From an uncultured Eubacteriales bacterium (lineage in GTDB: Bacteria; Bacillota; Clostridia; Christensenellales; CAG-917): a DNA stretch of 63,196 bases. The stretch spans positions 1-63,196 of the forward strand of contig URIX01000005.1 in assembly GCA_900547975.1 (NCBI GenBank). The letters run 5' to 3'. The notes beneath the pieces are model-generated. The model saw only the letters and a program-made list of their open reading frames with translations, was not told where the DNA came from and ran no database searches. Numbering within the stretch: position 1 is the first letter of the stretch; each line of letters starts with the position of its first letter. A program made the position numbers and the translations under genes. Positions 25,901 through 29,505 of this stretch are shown here, in pieces.

Positions 25901-28900
25901 ATCTCGACCCGTATGCGATGAGCAGCACGCTCTTTGAATCGGGCAGTTTGCAAGAAGTCAAAGTCAGCGGCAGCGACAACACGCAATACGTTGCGGTCGA
26001 ATACGACTTCGACAATCAAGCGTTCTATGACAACGTTGCTTCCCGCTTCGGCAAGAAGTACAAAGTGGCGGTGACGTACAAGTACAACGCAGGCAAGAAC
26101 GACAACGTCGAAACGGGCGAAATCGAAGTGTACGTCGTGGGCAGAAGCATTATGTTTATGTCCGACTACGCCGACCGCTCGATTGTGGTGGATACGTTCC
26201 TTAACAAAGACGCTTCCTATCTTGCCAACAAGATGAGAATCACGACGACGGGCGGCGACGTGTTCGACGCGTACTTCGACTGGTCCGACGTTGACAAACT
26301 CATCAAGAGCGGAAAGAGCAACACGGCATATATGGCAACCGCGATCGTGGGCGTCGAGAAAGCAAACGGCGGCTACGTACTTGCCGATATCACCGACGAC
26401 GACAAGGTCAACCCGACTTACGTCGCAATCGAAGACTACGTCGAGTACAAGCAAAAGACCAACCCGAACTTCGCTCTTACGAACGAAAAGAGATATATGC
26501 TCGCAAAACAACGCGTCAACATACCTGTTACGGTGCTTGACCGTACGATTGCGGACGCAGAACTCTTGCTCGGCAACACCGACCTCGAATATTTGTATTC
26601 CGATTCGAGCAAGTATTCCACCATCACCGACACGCTCGTCGGCAAGACGAACGGCGCGTATGACGGCAGATACATCGACATCGTGTACAACAAAGCGACC
26701 GGTATGCCCGAACAATACGTTTACAACAATCACTTTGCATACGTCGGCGCAAGCAAACTGCCCGACACGATGCAACTCACGTTTGTAAACGGCGACGTCG
26801 GCAAATACTACATCACTTACGAAAACGCACCTACGGCAAGTGACCTTGCAGGTCTCACGACAACTCTCGACAGAAAGATGACCGTTCACGTATATGATAT
26901 GGAAACCAAAAAGATCGAGGTTATGGACGCGTTTGAAATGTCGATCAAGATTCGCGTGTCCAAGGTTACGCTCACAAACAGCGACCTTGCGTACAACGAT
27001 ATGTCGGTCGGCTCGTACAAGTACAACAAAGACGTATATGCAGACAGAGCGAACACCGTCTACGACACGAGCAAGTATGCTTCAACCGCAACGTTCTACG
27101 TCGGCGCACAGTTTATGCTTGCGCAAACGTGGTGGACTGACGGCAGATCCGCAAACGGCAGCAAGTACGACTACAACAGCACGTACACCAAACGTCACGG
27201 ATTCACCGACACCGACGGCGAAGTATATCCCGGCATTTACAGTGTGTACTCGGTCGGCAGCAAGTTCAAAGCGGAAGGTGAGGAAGGCAACTACGAAGGC
27301 GTCAAGTTCTATATCTACAACGCTGACACCAAGAATTATGCTTTGTATAACGGCACCGTAAAATACGATTCCGCAAACACGACCTACAAGAGCGAGAGCG
27401 GTCAAGACCTCTACATCCTCGTTTACGTGACGACGCAAACCCTCAACGCAAGTTGGAATGCTGACGGCGTAAACTACACGTACAGAGGCGGCAACGTTGC
27501 AGTCGAGGCAACTCTCACAAGCCGCGTTAAAGGCAACGGCGCAACGGCAAAGGTAGACGTCACGGTACACGTCAACAACAGCAGAGTAAACGGCGAAGCA
27601 ACGCTTGTAAGCGGCGACACTTGCAGCTTGTTGTCAGGCGGCAAATTCGTAATCGACCCGTACGAAAACGGCAACGTCTTTGCAAGAAAGACGGGTTACA
27701 GCGGCGACCGTTACGAGAAATCCTCCGCTGCAACTTCCGGTTACGTCAAGAACAACCTCGACGGCACGTACAAACTCGTTGACGGACAATACGTCGAATT
27801 GACTGAGGAAGAACTCAACAGAGATTACGCAAACTTCCCGACAAGGCTCACCGTCACGCTTGCAAACGGCACTAATGTCGATGTGCCCGTAACGTGGGAC
27901 TTCAGCGGCGTTAACGTGACGTATGCGGGCGGCGAATACTACGCATATGCAATCGTCAACTACGACGGCGCGTACAACTACAAGGCAACGGATTCGTCAT
28001 CTGCAAACGAAGTCGGCACGCAACGTATCAGATTCAACGTCAAAGTGCTTGACAGAAGAATACGCGCGGGCAAAGACGGTATCGCAAACGAAACCGAACT
28101 CAAGAAACTCGCAGGTTACGCATACGGCGTTTCGAGCGGCGTTGCGGCTTTCGTCAATCCGTACGAGTATATCAAGCCCACAATGCCCACCGAACTCTCT
28201 CTCAACGAGCGTCAAGCGGACGGCAATTACAAGGCAATGACGTACTCGACGAGAAGCAACGAGAGGAAACTCGTATGGTCGTTCGACGAGTTCAGACCTT
28301 CCTACAACGGCGGCGTGATTTACGTCACTGCAAAACTGATCGGCATCGACGGAAACGTCCAAACCTACAAGATTCCGTTTCTCGTCCAGAAGATGGAAGC
28401 AACGGCAATCAAAGAGGCTCAAACCACGGTTGGCTCGAACGGCGTGACCAAACTTGCGCCGAAGTCGGGCGGTTACAGTTCAACTATCAATTCGGGCGTT
28501 GCCACCGAGTCGTTCAGCATCGATCCCAACGATCCGAACAGATTGTCCATGCCGTTCATGTACATCGCGACGTTCAAGGTTTCTACGCCCAATTACGATG
28601 CGGCAAACGACAAAGTCACAGGATTCACCGTTGTTACGGAACCGAAGGACCTCGATTTCTTCTACGCAATCGTTTCTATGCCTGCGGACGAGCAATACAC
28701 CGTCACGTCAAGCGGAATCACGACGAGCGCAAGCGGCAACACCGCAACGATTCAACTCGGCGACCAAGAGCGTATCTCGGTGAAGGTCGTTCAAACCAAC
28801 GCGAACCTTGCCCCGACGATAGAGAGCGCAAGCGGATTGCACAGCGGCACGACGCTTCAAACGACGACGACCGTAAACGGCAGCAGAGTCAACGTAGTTT

Positions 28901-29199
28901 GGTTCGGCACGGCGGAAGTTTATTCCGCGTCCGACAACTCGTTGGTTGCAAGTTACGCGGTTATGTTCTCGTCGGCAGGCACGAGCCTCACGCTTCCCAC
29001 GTCCGCAGACCGCAAGATAGTCTACAAACTCTATGCGGCGGTAGGTACGGTTGTGGACAGCAACGGCACGGTCGTTACCACCGAAAAGGCAACGCAAGAC
29101 TTTGCAAACTCGCACAGCGCAGTTGAAGTCGGACAAACCATACCTGTTGCCCAAGCAATCAGCAACCTTGAAAAGATAGAGTGGAATCCGAGAGGATAA
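1900..29199 (+). CDS. Giant (~9,099 aa) N-terminally lipid-anchored surface protein: cryptic large-module array plus C-terminal Ig-like array; no recognised family for most of its length
   Basis: A single open frame runs 1624-29199 (9,191 codons). The first ATGs behind the strong SD GGAGGAG are at 1900 and 1906. The N-terminus MRMRKLSLVLMLVLISVMLFGLVA-C is a lipobox signal peptide. The stop is TAA at 29197-29199, followed by a terminator. Codon usage matches the neighbouring genes. Confidence 0.93.
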   Translation: MRMRKLSLVLMLVLISVMLFGLVACNPKTGGDIDAPVIPTPSPDNPDIDNATYIGAQDFWNAFKAAALNEAGAEKDKRYIRVDTAFVMGFSKDSSDSLVVARFAGNIDTLDDSNSEILVEFRKLATEINGRTVDQDTICTMAKNGEGTLLFGAYYYEGKLVADMRGIKKGDGVHVVYTDTIDMTKFVSRFKDALEQLDLSSVLYDTLMGYDIGGLVNSLIKIDIAHLTVEQLLVNVLFGASKGTCVDYGNGHQVLRMPCDLGLIVSIIPLVQGLIPENIIGLVKDVLGLDLGKLGALAGMALYVEADIMNGALQGTTFDIDVNLNSYGVEGVEEKYGTFQSEFGIKLGYAKADFAGAPDLDLVGSEEKPGLLKNRNEKNTARQDGEKSLYDAVNESAEKYSFLTLDGAITLTLNFNEKKVSIDNVIGSFGTLISNLLTKNLDPAMLEALKPLFAKEIDFASGTVKLTIKLQADINTRDAKKTRLAAEILGSNGAKRLTAYYTGEKEGVYIDASGLLGYNGTKFKIDDINVNELLNSLVDKVFETIKGAIDGLKGGATAQNIQQAFVDNGEIVIQHGAYSAAEGDGSVDVLSLVSMILDHINVNMDGNIFNIRDISVDLSRDILDTIFSLVFTGDNAGADIPITGALLKYVNNGAQQNKNLTLSAELGVREYNEANTEYSLAPLIGLALGVDITFGKINNLPDFEATFEKLESELDQNEGAYLPILKNGALNTDLLHVNVSTGLTLDIETLKGELAKIEVNMPEKEIGTMFKGILLKALIELGNIDGGLKLDINADIDLTGGLDTSAILDLLLKSSAKIAISKQSDNEEVLALYLQDGWVYLKADLLCISVKQIKLNVRELIDMLGKSSNDSSSNQALVADEKEDGKDGMDINAVLGFVAGIIDGFKLGNHALEVVLVSNLFEQVLGLLNIDGVKIEFASTEFDGGIRIALNDGLNLPELQLGVFVSLGNNVNLDLSINGLSAGLNDKANDYLLKDNRQSDDFTEILEYPFLGLDLTLGLNVTADQGARELVFGEGKYWLDSNGQYVEIEKTPVPDGYTGKLYYKDSDGIYQEENITKATLAFDEPLNLNYELRIAGQLDLSPIVEYLLGATQINTKGNVSELMIELTGKKTSDIGGQATAERKVLLGLYYTGGSLYIDASNFGVDKVRTDVDLYEIILALLAKDSTVVVNGAKGTEAMTAEDNDQNDAAARKALALDIIATLSSDNVKLQIAKGLTDILYQLIGIDASDITAWAQIAWANVKDKFDNKPVRIALDVNNDAGQQIGGAEIYIGTTVKGENGETLSPLKLEIGGDAVEPIKIVRDGQKMQEMASYVQSEGNVFGDIDLFNDYGDVTIPSIYAEIQGTFTVGALQGNKSWTVGEWIATFLDDSNPELNSFIRQLLLTYKVPVEAGANIGFRIALNAHLNPDVPVDLTQNVVFKKYENSKLADLAKYVEVYKLNGTKYVLLTDEERTTFDGDVYLKQYVAGGIALAEVTDLNYRGEGYVLVDGNYVKIKVTDENQEQYANDKIYTAASLLDIAYIASHSDVAIEIYNEKITLVDKMSNAEKLEHVILALRLQSTGENAQGQAVSTVYLDLSNDFHLALTNIDLGALLGGLIKGGDKDGKNGTATASADGGIDLMGILGKVLGGIIGYIGVDTEGLQINFAEALVATLVQMLAGKQVDPEKFIKLNSDRSYLAFAWKNDYKLELNLQIDPVYVGFELSSVKLALGKKGGVLPEDFDPNVYTTAENLSTLSLNVDLGLDLQLKGQDEQVRLEKYLDLFIADLGIKLGIDMFDDIEYNIGLSLGANLALNEPNDSNIVLEVKNKITNKNILAFYVEGQNIYLDFGSLGRQPVYLEGTNLCDEICKYVIGLLGNLDSIVKNGASVAADEVVANSADEQMQLVLDITDGKLGALVMQNVLVGLIAALTSKDGSTDIANIIEKLDLDISVGVDLQLDPSIAIDVNVDSKLIALGVSVENIDVATGTNSNAYAAIREKAQKGIRGDDKFVLLTNDEKATYEGKRYNKDGDKFVEAENGDYRGYYTEMSNAHIIEVDLSLIVDYYASATYTLVTDQRALETQSPLDRYSYSKNEQRFVQDPNGTYVREGFAFDKLLDFVLNMDGLQSILATMLPQIRINTDNEEVRFDVLKDKFSVGDLLKRLGLNLVLSDKMDDGFKLDIKARLNLQKIGMEDMSKIDWKNLNLDIDTILKGLEAYVGIDFDYEHEGTNAKIGIYLEDGIVFVDMDGIGGPRVQVGLIDLLEKLGIALGTSSSNSEASTAADTTDGSDATDSDKTNDKVSVGQILNMIVSKIVLAGKPWIIGGNTNRIDQLGVFVRANFINDLFSMLLKTAINSENTVVDESQSGLFIYPQTDKFAYCGVDEALALQLKLALANKKDPIDRETGELSSKSQYLIDLNLGLDAKVGLVSVDTNYQPLLDNDEKLEFISLDDYIENIVKLSGGFLGENYQRETSLKDNAIYYAFDKDDNGEYLLKTGMYRKPNFTVDANGTYVLGEDGEYRLINDGETLPEGTKRYAKEDLTGVQMYSRSYATVKTGEDGKQYAYTVKYDVDPDGVYVYDAENDVYVNKNDASAPESNTFYSRVDNPITVTEKDADGKETTRHALASEVKLYNKCGKTAYQDQNVSLSVSGLIYFNSASAEVVNAGGLLPNAFRDMIINLQTMAAFNAGVGLRVSANIDLAALDLQGLASGGTFGDFINNSDLSKVELAIEFLEVDDKGYFVKYDTANGTDNGNEKVLGGMYLSGGTFYLDLTGMVSTAENYSKIENFVDFAKKVIEKFNKKDDKENGAQTASDEAETRSSQRDAVLLLAYSDAQFQIQITKALIAFVLKMFMPDLGSLEEVFDVFNISLGVDIGQPVYKSVKELAATDPDLYAKFQNEYKGDRYRKYETEDLSQKADTDTYYVAGNAYYLASTTKVYEVTVDGENVTPVDGERLRFADGNLEAGKTYAVLENGVYVVIANKVQGKYVHPNANYYAKVEGNTDPVSLRSYRMYRRTDGVESVTDTYIEGDTYIRYNGEERQIEELRSRLFGYVKDENGDYYRTIDLYNKISDYYIGLDAAIGCVNMGLKLGGIELGFGAGEELLPAYIRDGKAHSCFDNGKEIEYTDETKNSYTFEDIPTNMFYDTIITVGFSVELELGVTEGKLDFGKILSSIIGDLTGVVVEMPSTAKGYSSAHFRLDVSLMVDIYDLTKSELKIELINMTETGYESLWLGAYYVNNTIYVNLKDAFNIQKFAIGGLNIAEILKDYIIDFDSDDEYFVAGGSQTASTSEAFVASGAQSSAVDLSDKELALSILINRDLLTLKLGDKLFDTILEYIPEDLLGFDIKDLFYQEVNGGLQVEINTSDSINLSVDVALGLDGDRYNADSEYVKLTDETAKAEQNESLANKVNGSANYYVFKQSDTGHYVKSGNSVRAITSKEENDVKAGDRYAKYKVQTDEGVNVPYLVEVLDNGKGDGSEVLSKTHLPMLAVGEESIVIYKHVAGAVANKSYVGDGGKYDMTLELGLAIKNLDVAFTNSRTYVLSGDELAEYTNMDDVDRFTLSETIDITTQFKSGTGNDIDLSAVLQAFFPSLTAEQLLVIKAQADDGGDVNRSLQLVLDVDIQVAALLNFMRTELVKYTDDDDQFDGDMDLFKVIELLKKVFEKLKKNTDSLTKLIADIASYVNLSVRLQTKGGNDSEYHDMLGIYMVGGTFELLSEEEKTNVTSEHYVDPSERFDHYFETKNGSYYLDETTGEYNYITSDAFAGTRYSYDSSYCYKNEKGNYKRVNGGLFVDLSYFNIPSLRVDANEIRKLVSGIIAQSSTEAMAAADDTPDDGEKEKISFPLVKDDKILGYIRTFAYGLQITSRYIKVLANADYINSILSLVMGENAIQFDDSKFVNKPNVTLYTDNTRYSYENAQDVINEFKTKVTGLDKSSDEYKKYAKELESTLTKSKYLFDIVSYTGEGNENKGIYYKDSDGAYVQKSELSTVERKAYDEQVKVGKASYYDVKKVNVYIKLAEKVYVLYADATQTQLNKCEKVAELQNNYLVRVPKLYYYASENAEEPVAVNFRYSVVKPLQARNEFLSVNLYLWNHKLSVAINAPSVGVTKFQYITGQEAIDDNYRLVKADEVLEEGTKRYNRNDDGTYTEAENGKYVAQEKPKYAIKSVAAGARYINTDEDIYTSVDKESDGLSNWEFDYYTGGKFDVQKYSDAENYAGPRYYEYKGELIAITKDSLFVKNGNQYVQAALDKTAETPTTSWALFPDFIAEIENNGAEYYVENTAKTAYVRVQRTFIYKKYTYNTEKKVLLPATDDCAPKDYFIKVQQNSSVEKPDFSKPEYAKYAYKEYVDSDNLYYISLALRGSLFIQAGKIYFDYATYKGVYNSVVNKITDENLYQEVPNSVLEKIAYKKFQGDYVRVTDTTEIAQLKNKGLYVLVNGELDEKYSGANEVLGDVLGNLLGAMTGKFQIAEDMTFNIYFSLRLNLGFKLYILPSFSIDIRDLDVAIDVWGEQNDLLDDGTGKNYVTSKDRDENNYKVKLLDGTKPHILGIYYDNDKDTGKAGLYIDAEALLGKEAKLFVDMSEYSLEEVITGLVAGIGKGSSAQDASVASDDVTNLNPDKQSADTTSLFVNIFTNALALNVTSGFAKVLIKELMPDNASIADMLPNLKVYLKQNLRPYDITIGAILFNEKGDVPVFNLGLNIQGLNGVDGESSSIEFGRKEDILKTQQGSNAIFYYANFYRDNGNTDYSNYYGKNYNAKDYVKLKRDEATGYDYIENADGSKGALYTGTDADGKTFAGPEDRYMKAAPVMSEVLASRQMAFKGDLYTDVDGVYMLVYKRLNDIAGNNNLDEDTYREYRNLVNTNQFATYTGTLYVVDSNGNFVKTDKDTLKGFTGEGNLQYALASNYTSATVSEKSKAVVYNGQTYYPIDTNGNGYTDMSEADTFARNYPSAKVYKQVTDFTNYTKALALNLGDLLGGGTFDVASVLAGLESVELGMSLDIKATLDDVINWTYQFTRFIDDPQISQYLYFIATSLQANKEFQSLIGLSVDLKAYLKLANLVKMIAGDKSVGILQALEGAKIYLELTYETNFHGNQKPQAFLWVEIRGGKLYLNLDMSEIGDIVGWGDFFSYGVVDGLDLSSILGSSSTTASAQAFTAADDEEANTGLIPANIWSVLNVVLGRLLIANDFITVGLNETLIADLIGMLADSDSAVLQGISEFLPKLHTTDTKDTSGITINFYGNSPSIDINLGFKVGTLYYETVNNFNAMYGNDGKYFKGSNWSGTTFKQETSGEYTVGNGADNDNTYVLVSTDDYALVTYAYPAWDGDTYDYDATANKFTKHTESGTKGAYLKQGDFAIAISLGKLYAKVNKDFSVDKDEKFADRNDDKTIKYVYVESANGEYVKNADGTYRLATAADIEEAHYAKQASYGNYVKLQNATAHLEMSIEISLYGSGKAAGKANEIDLSEILDMIMGLINPGSAISGSQLKLNIVNEFGNDQGAFLTLDLVANIDVETYKVELGLELNKKTASMTTAKTLLGVYLIENAVYVDLSGILGETAKIAVTDLNLDGLLEGVLGKFLGQEESTDASGASVASKEDIGTIEKNKDHLREYAYFMINVTPQKLLLQLNADLVNAIYKKIMAIRGLEQKDLIPDIGDLLVRVDASESGAKKYVKMTDEEKAKHNGKTYKKVGVRYVEVTDGTKGDYKQDGNKTTISLNLRFSDGLYFCLDIPAGSITKDISQSVASVFGLSVAEKDFYKSISDKELSSYDGTRYAKKSDGTYETASDYVDGVTYYAPMVKRIDDKELSTYSGDKFVKNANGNNVLSSLAISEATYYAQSTTYTKLVLKDGKLYDGATEFQGAVYVKRYGAYELSAGANYVATTNYYKQDVTYVALTARDGMLYNGTELFKGDKVYVAKTETAENGETTTSYELSTRYTFYPYYALKKEQVPRDYIEILSLDLESLVNGTGTFDISSLNLPTIGLKASLNFTMTSKNLKPGQTGYDESLAGWTKNLLANLLSGQAIFGQFGTLTWQDENTLTDGGKVYDGKVYVKNAKDEYVLYTEKTYAKGTKYFKYTLAPINITMANEINLTIDIAANINLAPILAYGIGGILYSDIAVDIMLGKPVGTKLLSLYYLGSSRLMKKDGVNWELGMATSGAYTSNEIYSDALYVDASGLGLGKIKFQGIAGLLGVTPSYGAKTASGASVSADATTSDANTVGANAAASNALYLQIDIQNGRLGVSFNNAFITTLIGMLGLDLGDIELPPIKSVKLDVNLGAKGLDSINLNALLDSVGTSANVKIDNVELGFGESMVESANLIEQVKTGYTGLTFSKTSGIMNLIQNAIDSLKPGLSINIQNKVWQLTQARKVATLYQDSSITLTGKKILTSTKIDGSSSSPEKYNIHLDLASNRTSIGLKAILGGNNIFITDLSLPSGLVGNIAGLVSALKCLDLGSMMGKSPLLALVNGTDGDDATYEYPSAKTAAETSTTAASGWNKDKTSYTYPLNLENLIKSVEVNLFNDNGYWPYFDKATAVSNGAGKISVKVKLNKDSYNELIIMVTSILMGLMKDKINSDNGEPYFGDVQKARDGKTSITGKGLSSYLIDGIGDTNEITKFYDGLDALVKRGATTQEKVNYVEPFARSLPVTLTKWALLFALDAANISLGYGTIQNLASEVIEGLNFLIGGILPIPFASGEIDPSVNIYVDLNPTASEYGCTGDQVVKPGIQAIEIMVNAEKNGTGTAMKYNKAQTTTKSEMNRMANEGGAVAAGSADSTTNELSNAWDFFMLRITPYSIVDTSAQKFNTGMLYFDDAESAEKVTNEVAAPTEIVIDDPATRSGNAVKSDGSSVPVTLRDSAFLDATVFPQYANVKFPVYLSGKQMQSYDSSGDYKDAVGTQIVWDAATVDLTAATSEDTNGRRLAGYVYGYALNVVLYAIPVYVTNDKEAQTQSIKGYYNINGKYTEKALGIDIDTNSSKYMAELPDLVRIPFRTGGKYTFATYLKDSAGNMAYAVINPISGAPSENGYQILVQPTQEEIDKGATANLNKDGNKCLLMPAYIAGLKTVKDKDGNDVYQTVKIKNEDGTEVEYYVLDRNKLPKGKQFPAGTIDWNTDDFKYDWQGSTEWTTGAGSNVVKVGFTYQWGLGKAVTDTISLTAKNYKISRLTSMSNNESGTVTQNFKSERDSNGNYTTILELKAMDIDASMQNLVTYLGGFRLVNGKFINESSMTGFDVEWDTTELAKALNAITTKDSSGNDVVNYYKGLDVTVKAKVGGKRFSIFTSVTKNLVSTDKSGFVGKSESFAGKFAQEVNVRIVVKPYVFASMANALVFDQYRYETITAASFGNSFRINVKDASGNTRVENLTVGNGLSVEAPFIKAGETYLNAYNNAVHKLTSDEITYEGYSNQRAYPLYAKLVIGTEYSGKQEVYVPIEVNAVKPSAVTISVEHGNTLNPKWYERYDEFNVSVGKNTYTMFPDWTTVQYYTNAACTKLKSQQNIFDGGTIYAQVEAYATADGTKDGTKLALVNTGKKDESGKPVYSAQKITLRLNVEQQTIQSVNFFYDETIGDVAAYLRKYASDEAKLAELEAKLADIDNYTGSVYQQTHEKDGTWYGIDPINFATNPSDYFKTSDWGDAKGGTPVKVNLVNGESYIAFVRAFDTVVSGKDVKGTGNTQTCYMTIGNNKVSFYVNIPSYEFVGGAMSDAESKLTYVDGKVAGTKDDAKDDTLKLAYNVFDKWKLPSTATVQTAQGVGDTTVDVKWVDYAAPNKDEVKSDADGKLYVERKYFFFDGLTMRYPSADAFTAKIYLENFNTEVKEIVPDGMSLKYDVFDKFEFARTATVYMNDGTKHENVPIRWESTSMPTADEIEQGSFTRKIRILGAYVEGQDIYSDYVVTVNNDFKIDTLLNEFKTEITGDYKAGNFAIDVAKDNFYQGLPKSANVKVGTKTIPVTLAWSDNYTAESGFNGNMTLTITSKDGDNVVLESDVNVAVKVESAGITGLAKGQKYDLDPYAMSSTLFESGSLQEVKVSGSDNTQYVAVEYDFDNQAFYDNVASRFGKKYKVAVTYKYNAGKNDNVETGEIEVYVVGRSIMFMSDYADRSIVVDTFLNKDASYLANKMRITTTGGDVFDAYFDWSDVDKLIKSGKSNTAYMATAIVGVEKANGGYVLADITDDDKVNPTYVAIEDYVEYKQKTNPNFALTNEKRYMLAKQRVNIPVTVLDRTIADAELLLGNTDLEYLYSDSSKYSTITDTLVGKTNGAYDGRYIDIVYNKATGMPEQYVYNNHFAYVGASKLPDTMQLTFVNGDVGKYYITYENAPTASDLAGLTTTLDRKMTVHVYDMETKKIEVMDAFEMSIKIRVSKVTLTNSDLAYNDMSVGSYKYNKDVYADRANTVYDTSKYASTATFYVGAQFMLAQTWWTDGRSANGSKYDYNSTYTKRHGFTDTDGEVYPGIYSVYSVGSKFKAEGEEGNYEGVKFYIYNADTKNYALYNGTVKYDSANTTYKSESGQDLYILVYVTTQTLNASWNADGVNYTYRGGNVAVEATLTSRVKGNGATAKVDVTVHVNNSRVNGEATLVSGDTCSLLSGGKFVIDPYENGNVFARKTGYSGDRYEKSSAATSGYVKNNLDGTYKLVDGQYVELTEEELNRDYANFPTRLTVTLANGTNVDVPVTWDFSGVNVTYAGGEYYAYAIVNYDGAYNYKATDSSSANEVGTQRIRFNVKVLDRRIRAGKDGIANETELKKLAGYAYGVSSGVAAFVNPYEYIKPTMPTELSLNERQADGNYKAMTYSTRSNERKLVWSFDEFRPSYNGGVIYVTAKLIGIDGNVQTYKIPFLVQKMEATAIKEAQTTVGSNGVTKLAPKSGGYSSTINSGVATESFSIDPNDPNRLSMPFMYIATFKVSTPNYDAANDKVTGFTVVTEPKDLDFFYAIVSMPADEQYTVTSSGITTSASGNTATIQLGDQERISVKVVQTNANLAPTIESASGLHSGTTLQTTTTVNGSRVNVVWFGTAEVYSASDNSLVASYAVMFSSAGTSLTLPTSADRKIVYKLYAAVGTVVDSNGTVVTTEKATQDFANSHSAVEVGQTIPVAQAISNLEKIEWNPRG
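2341..20680 (+). repeat. Protein-level array of ~14 highly degenerate large modules inside the giant CDS
   Basis: A recurrent Tyr-rich motif (LG-x-YY-x-GG-x-hYhDhS-x-hG) lies at 2341, 3385, 4381, 5326, 6661 (weak), 7390, 8581, 10153, 11575, 12991/13246 (split), 15520, 17182, 18490 and 20281. Twelve of these (from 4381 onward) are followed within ~110-190 nt by a clear acidic S/T/A/D/G linker and a hydrophobic L/I/V-rich motif; the first two (2341, 3385) lack a clear-cut linker. Coordinates are in the findings. Confidence 0.6.
22491..29196 (+). other. C-terminal array of Ig-like beta-sandwich modules (Big_4-like signature)
   Basis: Repeated pattern (L/F)P-x-x-h-x-V-x-h-x-x-G-x-x-x-x-V-x-V-x-W. 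Examples: LPSTATVQTAQGVGDTTVDVKW (25099-25197), FARTATVYMNDGTKHENVPIRW (25381-25467), LPKSANVKVGTKTIPVTLAW (25684-25755), FPTRLTVTLANGTNVDVPVTWD (27832-27940). Confidence 0.55.
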
Positions 29200-29237
29200 C
29201 GCCTTATCGAAACCGCATTAATGCAAAACGATACGCA

Positions 29238-29270
29238 AAAGCCTCGCATTCAGCGAGGCTTTTCGTTTCT
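29238..29270 (+). terminator. Rho-independent terminator of the giant gene
   Basis: AAAGCCTCGC (29238-29247), loop ATTCA, GCGAGGCTTT (29253-29262), then a T-rich tail TCGTTTCTT. It starts 39 nt after the stop codon. Confidence 0.8.
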
Positions 29271-29449
29271 TGCAAAGGGTTTTTTGAAAAATTCGAATGC
29301 GGCATATAGGCATAATAATAAGGCGTATCGTCATAATCGAGCGGTAATAAAATAAACGAAAAACGAGCAGAAAATCAACAAAATATGCCGATTTTTTGTC
29401 AAGTTCGGTTTGCGTTTTGCAAACATAGCGGCGCAAGTACAAATTTTTA

Positions 29450-29477
29450 TTGAAAATATCGCCGCTTGTGATATAAT
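29450..29477 (+). promoter_or_regulatory. Extended -10 promoter for the SPFH/zinc-ribbon pair
   Basis: TTGAAA (29450-29455), 16-nt spacer, TG-A-TATAAT (TG 29469-29470, TATAAT 29472-29477). It lies 29 nt upstream of the ATG at 29506. Confidence 0.6.
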
Positions 29478-29505
29478 ACATATAATAAAAGCAACGGAGG
29501 CACTT

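Noticed and set aside
29000-29199. Search for a C-terminal cell-wall sorting signal (LPXTG plus TM plus basic tail), a TM anchor or a secretion-type C-terminal domain on the giant protein
   Set aside because: The sequence ends ...VGQTIPVAQAISNLEKIEWNPRG. There is no LPXTG-like motif and no hydrophobic tail. Only the N-terminal lipobox supports anchoring.
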